A stretch of DNA of 64,000 bases from Eledone cirrhosa (Eukaryota), in assembly GCA_964016885.1 (NCBI GenBank), contig OZ024740.1, positions 436,542,001 through 436,606,000 of the forward strand, given 5' to 3'. Position numbers and translations under genes: made by a program. Below, in pieces: positions 25,640 to 36,938 of the stretch (positions are counted from its first letter, which is position 1; each line of letters opens with the position of its first letter). The notes under the pieces were generated by a model, which was given only the letters and a program-made list of their open reading frames with translations, had not been told where the DNA came from and did not search any database.

Positions 25640-26460
25640 TTTGTTTCATGGATGAGAAACTGCAAGCTTATCAGCAAAAAATTATGCATGGATATGTTGC
25701 CCGGAAGCTCCAGAGTGAGAGTAATATAGATAAGGAAAGTAGTCTATCTTGGACCAGCAACTGCTATATTGGCTCCCACTTTGAAGGATACGTTTTTGCA
25801 ATCAAAGAACAGGAGACCAACACGAAATACCTGATTCACAAAAGAGATAGGGATGCAGGCAAAACACTTAGATGTGACTCTGCAGAATTAACATCGAAGA
25901 TATCACCCATGTCATAAGCAGGTGTCCAAATATGTCATCGCGGTACTATCTACCTATGAGGCATGATGTAGTGGCCAAAACACTGTACAATGCAATCCGT
26001 GAAAAAGATAGCCCCGATAATAAACACATTAAAAGCTACAGCAATGTGGAAGACATACATATACATAATAGGAAAGAGTACTGGTGGAATGTTCCAGTAA
26101 AAGCCCCAATAAAATGCAGACATAACAGACCCGATATGGGACAGGGAGAAGAAAACATGCACAGTAGTGGAAGTTAGCTGCCCAGCAGATGCCAATATAA
26201 TATCAAAGATCAGCGAAAAAGAGGATATCTATGCAAAACTAATGAGAAATCTGCAGATACTCCACCATGATTACACCTTCAGATTTATGCCTGTGATTAT
26301 TGGGGCACTGGGGTATGTTAGTAACTGCCTCAATACAAATCTTGAGAAGCTGGGCTTCACAAGAACAGAAGGAACAAAACTAGTTAGGAAATTATAAGTA
26401 CAATCCATTAATGGAACAGTAAAAATATATAAAACATTCCAAAAATTCTGCATGCAATAA
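25640..26460 (+). mobile_element. RLE-type LINE 3' fragment (R4/Dong-like)
   Basis: MHGY..SLSW..EGYVFAIKEQE..TKY; C..EDITHVISRCP..Y..RHDVVAK; WWN..HNRPD..EVSCPAD..EKEDIY..PVIIGALG. This is a knuckle plus a PD..E-type restriction-like endonuclease; frameshifted. Confidence 0.85.
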
Positions 26461-26699
26461 CTGCATATACACATGTACAGATACAAAGCATATGGACATG
26501 TACACATGCAACTCAAAACATACACATCCACACATACAACAACATCCATACCTACACATGCATGCAAGCAGACATACATACATATCTACCTAGTTGATGT
26601 GTCAATTACAATGAGAGAGTTTTGTGTCTATGTTAGAAACCGACTCTCTCTCTCTCTATTGGCAAACATTTGTAAAATTATAAAACCAGAACATACATA

Positions 26700-26985
26700 C
26701 TTACATACTTACATGGTGGCTGCCAACTCGTTTTCGAGTACGGCCACTACTTTATATCCATGAACGAGTGTGGCTTTTTAGTCCAGCCAGCGACTTGAAA
26801 ACTCTGGTACAAACACTACACTTGTGACAATTATTGACACCTAGTGCTGGGCCCATGGTACCATGTGACCCAAGGTGTCGTGTGAGATCACTACTCGACC
26901 TGCATACCCTTCCACAAACATTACATGTCGTCGTCTGATGAACACTTATAGCTCCACGGGTGCCTGCTTGCCTGTTCTTGTGCAC
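26700..26985 (-). mobile_element. RTE-like LINE 3' end with two C2H2 zinc fingers
   Basis: CNVCGRVCRSSSDLTRHLGSH and CSVCTRVFKSLAGLKSHTRS, a short 3' UTR, then a (TAAG/TATG)n tail. Confidence 0.65.
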
Positions 26986-27017
26986 ATACTTACATACATA
27001 CATACTTACATACATAC

Positions 27018-27048
<31 letters not shown>

Positions 27049-27599
27049 CATACATACATACATACATACATACAAATTTGTGAAATTATAAAACATACAT
27101 ATATACATACATACATATACATACATATATACATATACACATACATACACTTGCCTTACTGTCTGTCTGTGTATGTGTTGTGTCAGGTCGCTCTTCGGCG
27201 CTATTGGTAACATGTAACCCAGTACAACCTGTGCAAATTCGGATCGTCGGTGACTAAACTGGCAACCCCACTAAGATTGCTTGATGTGGGGGTTGATTTT
27301 GGGACACCCTGCGGAATGAAAAACAAAACCCGTTAAAGGGTGGAAGAGCTCAGGAGGGTCAACGGCCATCCAATAAAGGTCTTCTTTTTAAGGTTTTTTT
27401 TTTGTAGAGCGAGAGACCCTAGTCTTCATTAAGACATCTCTCTCTCTAGGAGAGGGGTCATTCTGATATAAAACCTGCGACTTCATTTGCATCCAATGAT
27501 GTTGATCAGTTCTTCTTTTGGGGTAAAGTATTCGATGTTCAGAGAATGGGATTGACCCCATACAAATCCTTTCCTCACTTAAAGAAGCTTCAATAACAG

Positions 27600-27750
27600 G
27601 CATCACTTGATGTGTGACATCTTTTTACGATGCGTGGCATGGCTGGCCAAAGGCAAGTCCCTAGCAGGACTAGGAAGCCACGCCCGTGATGCTCATGCTT
27701 AAGTATCAAGCGATGGCATTACTCAAAATCGAGTTGCAGCCATCATGTGT
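27600..27750 (+). mobile_element. Related RTE-like 3' end
   Basis: CDIFLRC..KSLAGLGSHARDAH*. The UTR tggcattactcaaaatcgagttgcagccatcatg matches the minus-strand UTR at ~26712-26747. Confidence 0.55.
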
Positions 27751-28005
27751 GTATATATACTTGTGTATATATACCTGTGTATATATACACAGGTATATAT
27801 ATATATACAGGTATATATACACAGGTATATATACCTGTATATATATATACCTGTGTATGTAGTGACAGAAAACAAAATATTATTTGAATATGTTTGTTTT
27901 TTTAATCTTACGGAAGACAATCTCTGGACATGTTTCACTCTCATTAGAAATATTCTGTAAACTTGTAGACTCGCCACTATATCTGACCGAGGTATGAGCG
28001 ATCAA

Positions 28006-28036
<31 letters not shown>

Positions 28037-28160
28037 CGGTAAATATTGATACAATTCAATTCAAGCACTCAACGTACTTTTTCCACATAGGAATGACGGA
28101 GTATTTTTAGAATAGAAAAAACGAAATAGTTTCAGATTTTAAAGTCCTTTATTGATAATG

Positions 28161-28233
28161 CTGTGGTACATATTTCAATGACGACAGTGGCCACACGATT
28201 ACGCTTAACCAGTGCCATGATCTTATCAGACAG
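28161..28233 (-). ncRNA. Degenerate type I hammerhead ribozyme
   Basis: ctgt-CTGATAA-gatcatggcactggtta..tggccactgtcgtcatt-GAAA-tatgta-CC-acag, then AATAAA (28148-28153). Two core mutations. Confidence 0.6.
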
Positions 28234-29057
28234 TTTCTTATATAATAAGGTTACGTTCTCGAGGCAATCCAAATTAAAACGACAAGGGAACGGACAAAGA
28301 TGATTTTCTTGAAGCCTTCGTCCGTTCCCTTGTGAGCCCTAATTTCCCACCACAGTTTTGCGCAGGCACAAATGTGAAGGAAGTTTACCATCTAACTACT
28401 ACCCAAAACCCAACGAAAGTAGCCTAGGCATCCCCCCAACCAATCTCCCCCGACCAATAAGGTGACACAGTCACGGGATTCACGCCAGGCGGTAAGTTAT
28501 AGTTTACTGCTGGTCCCACGTGTCCAGCAGTAGCCAACCAAAACTTTATGCTAAAGTATAAGTTTCAATACTACCCCTAATTATGTTTTGACAATAGAAT
28601 TGACCATCACCCGCGAAGAGAATATTATCTTAATTCTCGGGTCTAGATATGGTTTCACAATGGAAATGAAAATTGGTAATACGATTGAAAATTAGAAATA
28701 AAAAGTTAAAATCTTGATTGAGGTTAATAAAAAAAAAAATAATAAATAGGAGGATGTATAAATTATAGTTAAAAATTATGAAAAGGGGATCAATATTAGA
28801 TATTACAGATATATTATCCATATATTGAACGGTAGTACAGTAACGAAGAACGGAATATAAATTTAAAGTATAGAACGTAATAATTAAACAAACAATTAGT
28901 TAATATCTTCTATCACAAGAATCAAAACAAAAAATACATTATTACAAAATGAGAGAGAAAAAAATATATATGAGAAAAAGATAAAGTATAAATATATATA
29001 TATATAATTATAAAATAACAGGAGGCTGGACTGGTGTAAATCCTTGAAAGGTTTATT

Positions 29058-29115
29058 ATATTATGATCATTTCAATGACCGGGTTTGGTATGAATCCGGT
29101 GATATCATCAGGTAT
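29058..29115 (-). ncRNA. Type I hammerhead ribozyme (one stem I mismatch)
   Basis: atac-CTGATGA-tatcaccgg..ccggtcatt-GAAA-tgatca-TA-atat-AATAAA. Confidence 0.7.
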
Positions 29116-32100
29116 TCGAAATATAACAAAGGAATATAACAGATAAAATCCATGGGGCTGAAAATCAGAGACAAGAGGACGACCGACTATTTAGCAGCTT
29201 CTACCTCAGTCGGTCGCCCTCGAGTGTTGATTATTAAGTCTGCTTATGACCATCTGGTGAGAGGGGCTAAGCTTATAATGTGCTACTAACTCACCCTCAA
29301 AAAGAAAAGGTCATGCCACAATCAGGCTGACCGTGCGTGCTAGAAATTGCCGCGAAAAATGTTTTTTCCAAAGCACATATATCTTTAACAAAGGCATATA
29401 TAGTGGGCGTCTGTATGGTATAATGTGTGGACAGAAATTTCGGTTAGCAATTAGGAACGTTAAACTTATGTTTAGAGTTATAGGATGAAATTAGAAAAAT
29501 AAGAGAAATAAGGTTTAAGGTTTGGGTTGTGAGATTTAGTTAAAGAATTTACAGACAGAGTCTTTTATGAAAAAGTTTAAGTATATTATAGATAGTCTCG
29601 ATAAGTTTTCAGGGTAGGATATAGAGTAAAGATTAAGCCCTTGTTTAGCAGTCAATAATCAGCGACGACTGCAGATCCCGGCTAGCCCTTCCTAACCACG
29701 TGTCAGCCGTTCCGAGTAATATCGTCTAGCGAAAGAAATGGAAATTAATTTTTCCGAGCACTCCAGGAATGTAACTGTCTTAGGCGTCGGGTGTGTTAGC
29801 GGGAAGTCCGCCATCGCCGTCAGGCCATCGTCTATACCAAACGAATACTATTAATTAACACAGGAGGGGGATTTATTTACGTGCCAGTAGAGGGAGGCAT
29901 GATACAGCTAATAGTTATGATTAAGCCTAGAAATTTAAAGGTACTATTTAGCAGCCAAAACCGGCGGCGCGGCGGGCCCCGGGGCGAAGCAGCCGTTCCG
30001 AGTAATTTCGTTTACCGAAAGAAGGGGAAATTTGTTTTTCCAAGCACTCAAGGAAGGCTCAACCATCCGGGCGCCCGGCGCGCAGCGGGGAAAAGCCGCC
30101 ACATCTGTCGGATCATCGCGTGTTACCAAACGATTATTATATATTCACACCCGTGATGTGAGGTTGAAAGTGGTAAAACCCGATGAAATGCGCAAAAAGA
30201 CTATATTTAGTCCCCAGTTAGTCCGGGTATAGGTAGTGTGGTTCTTAGGTGGGTAGGGGGAGTGAATAAAGATAAACGGGTATAAGGGTACAGAGAGTAA
30301 TATTCTAGTGTCGTGTGCTAATGAGCACAATAAGTATATAATGAGAGTAAAGCGAGTAAATAGATACCTAAATAAAAGGAACAATAAGCAAAATACATAA
30401 ATAAAAAGCAGAGTACAAAAATAAAAATAAAAATGCATAAATAAAAATACATAAATAGAACGCCGTCATAGGTAGGGTGGTGATGGAGTAAAACGGAAGT
30501 ATATAAGAACATATCGGAGAAATCAAAACACAGGGGAAATACAATATAAATCAAGGTGCAGTTAGATAATACAAGGTTATACATATAGATATAGAGGATG
30601 GAAGAGATGGAATGGTATCAGGTGATACCTAGTGTATGTTCGAGTCTCAGAATTCAAAGTGAATCACAAAGGCCCTGAAGTATAGGGTAGAGAATTCAGT
30701 CAATACAGTACAGGTAATAGTAGAATTATGTCGGAGTCTGGATATTCCCGACAGGGAAGCAGCAGTGGACCAGGTGGGAGGTAGACAAAGCACAGAGCAG
30801 CCAAAATTCGAATGGTGTGTAGATTAGTTAGTCCCATGCTGACAAGAGCTGTACACTGGAGTCAGTGCCGCTGTTCATTATTACATCTGAAAGCGCTCAA
30901 CATTTCTGGAGCATTATTTATTTAGGTTAGTTGGTTTACCTCTGGATAAAGTGGGGCATTCCGTATGGTCAATCTCGATGTAATATTATGGAGAGTACTT
31001 AACGTAATGCAACTCACCCGTCTTCGTTTGTGAAGTTGGTGGTGCGAGAACGGAGTTAATTATTATAAAATAACAGGAGGCTGGACTAGTGTAAAACCTG
31101 ATATCACGGGTGTGAATATATAATAATCGTTTGGTAACACGCGATGATCCGACAGATGTGGCGGCTTTTCCCCGCTGCGCGCCGAGCGCCCGGATGGTTG
31201 AGCCTTCCTTGAGTGCTTGGAAAAACAAATTTCCCCTTCTTTCGGTAAACGAAATTACTCGGAACGGTTGCTTCGCCCCGGGGCCCGCCGCGCCGCCGGT
31301 TTTGGCTGCTAAATAGTACCTTTAAATTTCTAGGCTTAATCATAACTATTAGCTGTATCATGCCTCCCTCTACTGGCACGTAAATAAATCCCCCTCCTGT
31401 GTTAATTAATAGTATTCGTTTGGTATAGACGATGGCCTGACGGTGATGGCGGACTTCCCGCTAACACACCCGACGCCTAAGACAGTTACATTCCTGGAGT
31501 GCTCGGAAAAATTAATTTCCATTTCTTTCGCTAGACGATATTACTCGGAACGGCTGACACGTGGTTAGGAAGGGCTAGCCGGGATCTGCAGTCGTCGCTG
31601 ATTATTGACTGCTAAACAAGGGCTTAATCTTTACTCTATATCCTACCCTGAAAACTTATCGAGACTATCTATAATATACTTAAACTTTTTCATAAAAGAC
31701 TCTGTCTGTAAATTCTTTAACTAAATCTCACAACCCAAACCTTAAACCTTATTTCTCTTATTTTTCTAATTTCATCCTATAACTCTAAACATAAGTTTAA
31801 CGTTCCTAATTGCTAACCGAAATTTCTGTCCACACATTATACCATACAGACGCCCACTATATATGCCTTTGTTAAAGATATATGTGCTTTGGAAAAAACA
31901 TTTTTCGCGGCAATTTCTAGCACGCACGGTCAGCCTGATTGTGGCATGACCTTTTCTCTTTGAGGGTGAGGTAGTAGCACATTATAAGCTTAGGCCCCTC
32001 TCACCAGATGGTCATAAGCAGACTTAATAATCAACACTCGAGGGCGACCGACTGAGGTAGAAGCTGCTAAATAGTCGGTCGTCCTCTTGTCTCTGATTTT

Positions 32101-32145
32101 CAGCCCCATGGATTTTATCTGTTATATTCCTTTGTTATATTTCGA

Positions 32146-32203
32146 ATACCTGATGATATCACCGGATTCATACCAAACCCGGTCATTGAAATGATCATAG
32201 TAT
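32146..32203 (+). ncRNA. Type I minimal hammerhead ribozyme
   Basis: atac-CTGATGA-tatcaccggattcataccaaacccggtcatt-GAAA-tgatca-TA-gtat: 4-bp stem I, palindromic stem III, AATAAA at 32204-32209. Confidence 0.82.
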
Positions 32204-32391
32204 AATAAACCTTTCAAGGATTTACACCAGTCCAGCCTCCTGTTATTTTATAATAATTAACTCGGTACTCGCACCACCAACTACACAAACGAAGACAGGT
32301 GAGTTGCATTGCGTTGAGTACTCTCCATAATATTATATCGAGATTGACCATACGGAATGACCAGTTCTATCCAGTGGTGAACCAACCAACC

Positions 32392-32429
<38 letters not shown>

Positions 32430-32544
32430 AACATATATATCGAGATGGAAATGAGAGTATAGGTAAGGAATATAGTAAGTTCAATTAAATTCACAATGCT
32501 GTGTTAATATCGGTCAATTATGTCCTTGTAAAGTGCACATAAAA

Positions 32545-32827
32545 TTCATTGTCCGTCCGTTATCCCTCTGGCTCCAGTGGTGCCCGGCCCTTCTGGTCCT
32601 GCCTGAATTACCTCCAAACAGCTGTTAGTCGCTATAGAGCCAACCTTCAGATATGCCACCGATGATGATTCCAACTGCCAATGCGGACAATTACAAACTA
32701 TGGAGGAACTTTTAGTTTGCCCCAATCTTGAATATTCAAGCCCACGAAACGACATTGAAATCACCCCAGGTAAGGCTCTGTGCACAACACTGGATGGGTG
32801 TGGTTTAGAGACTCCATAAGAAAGAGA
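32545..32827 (+). mobile_element. Vingi/Ingi-like LINE 3' fragment
   Basis: PSGSSGARPFWSCLNYLQTAVSRYRANL..DDSNCQCGQLQTMEELLVCP resembles the Vingi C-terminus (W..LNRLRTG..CECG..QT.H...CP). Ends in aagaaaga. Confidence 0.65.
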
Positions 32828-33417
32828 CCCTGGATTTTTTTAATAGTTACAAAAGTACAATATTCAACACTCATTCATATCCATAAATCAAAACTTGATT
32901 TAACAAGTTCTTGTCTTCAACTGAAAATTTTTTAAATGTTCAATAATCTTTAAATCATACCAAAACCGCTTCTCTGCATGTTTTAAATATTTCGTTGTTA
33001 TTTTTATCCAATTCTTCATTTCAAAAGTTTATGTTCAAATTGTGTGTAAATCGGAGGTAACCACAGTAAATAAGGCACTCAATACGTTAGTAGAATGAGA
33101 ACAACGAAATTTAGTATAGAAATTATTTGTACAGGACTAGAACTGTATCATTCGTATGAAAGGCTTGAGTTGCTTTATAACTTGGATATTTTTACCTACA
33201 TATTACTAATAAATATATATATATATATATATACATATATATGAACATGTAATTTCGAATGGAGTCGTAGGGGTGCCGTAGTGATATATATTCTTGGGCA
33301 CATTAAATTGTTAAACTTACCCTATGATATGAACTCAGCAGATATGAACATTCTTTCAGAGACGGAGTAAGAATCATAGTGAAGAAGTCAGAAAAAGATA
33401 TAGAGGAAAAATCGTAG

Positions 33418-33548
33418 TGGTACGTTTTTATCGACCTTGAAATAATGAAAGGTAAAGTTGACTTCGGCAGGATTTGAACTCAGAGAGATTGAATGAATAC
33501 CGCAAAGAATTCTATCCGAACTTCTAACGACTCTACCAATTCGCTACC
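33418..33548 (-). mobile_element. Meta-like tRNA SINE
   Basis: A-box-like tggtagagtcg, B-box gagttcaaatcc, core gtcaactttacctttcat..ggtcgataaaaacgtacc. Confidence 0.75.
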
Positions 33549-34078
33549 ACTGTTTAAGATTAGGGCTTGTTAAATATTAAGTATTCAATTATCTATTTTC
33601 CTTCGAGCTTTGCATTATTAAGTGACTTTTATTATCTTACCATTTATACAATAATAAGTAGTATATAAAAATACTTTTGTTAATGACAAAAAAAAGGTAT
33701 TTCATAAGCAAGATATTTGTAACTGTAAGAATTATCTGAGTTATCTAAGTTCAATTCTAAGTGGGCTCACCATTTTAACTTTAGAAATCAGCTGGATATC
33801 AAGTTGATTTGAAACCAACCCCACTGAGGGCAAGCAAAGTGACATTATTGATTTAGTAAATGTTGGAACTGGTCACGAAAGCAAAAGACATGATCTATTT
33901 GTTCCAAGCAGGAGGTGAAAATACATTAAAATATTGTCTGTTACCAGGAACAACTGCAGAGAAGGTTCTCAAACATTCATTATTTATATTCATATATATA
34001 TATATATATATGTGTGTATGTGTGGGGGGGTGTATATATGTTTGTTTGTGTTTGTCCGTGTGCGCGTTTGTGTGTGTT

Positions 34079-34127
<49 letters not shown>

Positions 34128-34259
34128 AGAGAGAGAGAGAGAGAGAGAGAGTGTGTGCTCTGTCTGTGTTGTGGTGGTTCTTATATGACAGACATTTCAT
34201 ATATAAATTCTTTGAAAAATAAATTCTTTGAAAAAAATTTCAATTCGAAACATATTTAT

Positions 34260-34800
34260 TACACAATGAAATATGAGCAGAGCATATGGCCCTTGGTGGA
34301 ACCTCTAGATTGGGGGATATCGTTGTGGTTTATGACTCGGCTTCAACAACTGTAGTTTGGCGGCAGCACAAATATGATGGGTGGAGAACAAAATTCAGAT
34401 GGGTGTAGTTGGGAAAAGTTGATTGATGGCTGGAGAAACAAGTGCATCGGGAGGGTCTAGATAACAAGTTGTTTCAGGGATAGTATAGAGTCGCTTGTTG
34501 GAAAGTCTGAAAGAGATAAGACTAAGTGTTTATGAATTAACGCTTGAAGAATGTTTGAGATTTCGTATTTGCCAGTTAGTTGAATTAGCTTCTTTCCGAT
34601 TCGGTTTCGAATATATGAATGTGGTAGAACTCCCATAGAGAAATGTGCAGTAGTCTAGTGTAAATAGCTTTTTTTTTCTTTTGTAGAAGATCATCAACTA
34701 ATCTGAGTTGAATTATTTGGGGCTTATGAAAACAAAGCCTTAACTTTGAGATTTAGTTTCCACAACGTGAGATTGCTTGGGCAAATTATTTTAGAGAAAT
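34260..34800 (-). mobile_element. Decayed CR1/Zenon-like LINE 3' region
   Basis: Weak motif LDYCTFLYGSS and 3'-UTR-like ccaagggccatatgctctgctcata; many stops. Confidence 0.3.
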
Positions 34801-35715
34801 GTGAAGCCAATAACTTGTAGATATGAATTGAACAACTGTGCCCACTACCAGGGTTCCTCTTTTCATTAAAGTTATTCAACTATACTTAATTTTGAAAATG
34901 TTATTTAGAAAGGCATGAATGTCACACTTTCTAATTTACTACTTTTATACATTCTCAGAAAATCCAATGTTTCAAGATAAAGTTAAAGAATGGAGAATTT
35001 CTGCAAGAAACAAACTCTCGCGGAGATGAATATCTGTTATATTGAAATAAAGAATTCATTTATCTCCCTCTATTGAGTCAATTAATTGACAAATAACAAA
35101 TGTTAAACCATTTTCGCAGATCTTTTGGAATTTATTTCCAACATGTAAATTCATTGAAGGTTGTAGTGTTAAATAGACAAAACAGTAACACAAAGAAATG
35201 TCTGCAAAGACTTGGCTTCATCAGACACAAACTTGCTCTAAATAGTTGAAATAAGAAATTGAATATTAAATTTTAAAGACAAAAATTAAAACTGAACAAG
35301 CTGTCTTCATTTCTGACCCAATTAAGTATTTATATCTTCTTATATTTCATCATTAGTGATACCAGCATCCTTTGATGTTATCCTCAATGCTAGACTGTAC
35401 TACAGATATTATCTATTTTTAGATAAATGGTTTATATAGAGAAATGATAACACAGTAACTGTATATAGAGATGTAAACACTGTAAATGTATAAAGAGATA
35501 TAAACACTGTAACTATATATAGAGATATAAACACTGTAAATATATATAGAGATATATAAACACTGTAGCTTATATATAGAGATATAAACACTGTAACTGT
35601 ATATATAGATATATAAACACTGTAACTATATATAGAGAGATATAAACACTGTAACTGTATATATAGATATATAAACACTGTGACTATATATAGAGGTGTA
35701 AACATTGTAACTGTA

Positions 35716-36612
35716 TCATAATCTATAAAGCTCAGTGTGTGGTCATGCTCCTTCGTTATAGAAATCTACGATATAGAATTTCTTCAATTGAAATTTACAA
35801 TTCAGTATTCGAAATAGTTTCGATTGCGTCTTGACGCAGATAATTTTTTCAATTTCACCCACAATTACGCAAAAAATAGATAAAACTCAATATTTTACGA
35901 TTTTTCTCTCTCATTTAAACTGCTGAACTCTTTCTACTACCATTCAAAATGTATACAACTTCATACTTTCTGCTACTTTCTCTTTCCAAGCTTGATGGTG
36001 ATACTGTCCGTTCACACCACTCCCTACTGTCTTAAATTTAGAAAACACATATCCTCTATGAGGTTACTAAACCAGCTAGAAACAGCAGCTAACTCTCCCC
36101 CATATCACACCCCTCCCTAATGTCTTAAATTTAGAAAACATATCTTCTATGAGGTCACTAAACCTGCTAGAAACAGCAGCTAACTCTCCCCCATATCACA
36201 CCACACCCTACTGTCTTAAATTTAGAAAACACATATCCTCTATGAGGTCACTAAACCTGCTAGAAACAATAGCTAACTCTCCCTCATATCACAACCCTTC
36301 CTACTGTCTTAAATTTAGAAAACACACAGACAACCATGCAGAACAACTCCATCGCAGCTCCGTTGTTCGGCTGGCATCGTCTACGCGCGTGTTGCGCAAG
36401 TACTGTAAAACAATAAATTTCAACACTTTTTTGCACAGAGATAATATCCATAGGTGAAACTATAATTGTCACTGTTGGCGCAGCTCATGCTTCCAGGTCC
36501 GCAATTCATTCACCCAGTGCCTGGCAGACAAAAAAGTGCTGCCATAAATTGGGTGGTGCAACCTAACTTTGGTAACTTAATGACGCCGAGCAACGCCGGG
36601 CTTTAATGCTAG
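35716..36612 (+). mobile_element. Non-autonomous Helitron
   Basis: A|TC start, subterminal hairpin gccgagcaacgccgggc, CTAG|T end, no TSD. Removing it restores the minisatellite unit ctgta+tatatagatatataaaca. Confidence 0.85.
36013..36327. repeat. ~92-bp tandem repeat (~3.4 copies) inside the Helitron
   Basis: tgtcttaaatttagaaaacac recurs at 36028, 36121, 36212 and 36305. Confidence 0.92.
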
Positions 36613-36938
36613 TATATAGATATATAAACATTGTAACTATATAGAGATATAAACACTGTAATTATATAGAGATATATAAACACTGTAACTAAATAGAGAT
36701 ATATATAAACTCTGTAATTATATAGAGATATATGAACACAAACTAAATGGAGATATATATAAACACTGTAACTATATATAGAGATATATAAACACTGTAA
36801 CTATATATAGAGAGATATAAACACTGTAACTATATATAGATATATAAACACTGTATCTATATATATACGTGAAAACATTGTAACTGTATAAACGATATCT
36901 TCATTGACAGAAAAAGAGACGAGATGTTTAGATCTTAC

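Larger units (their letters stand above)
29008..32395. mobile_element. Non-coding hammerhead-bearing element with direct and inverted pseudo-LTR arrangement
   Basis: 29008-30160 is a near-identical inverted repeat of 31098-32253. 30920-31096 is an inverted copy of 32221-32395. (TA)n lies on both flanks. Confidence 0.85.
35435..36890. repeat. AT-rich ~24-28-bp minisatellite split by a Helitron
   Basis: Units tatagagatataaacactgtaac at 35435-35715 and 36613-36890. Confidence 0.9.

Noticed and set aside
27915-27950. Minus-strand CTAATGA-gagt-GAAAcatgTC hammerhead-like motif
   Set aside because: Core mutation, no stem II and no stem I pairing.
29340-30215. Group I intron P/R/S-like and dicistrovirus IRES-like words (aaattgccgcgaa, agacta, tagtcc, tatttagcagcc)
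   Set aside because: Order, spacing and the required pairings do not fit either fold.
29881-31379. Duplicated 91-aa ORF (MPVEGGMIQ..) on both strands
   Set aside because: GTG start, no recognisable motif; the duplication simply reflects the inverted repeat.
33785-33913. Possible host exon (ttttaactttag acceptor, ag|gtgaaa donor)
   Set aside because: All three plus frames contain stops, and no neighbouring exons were found.
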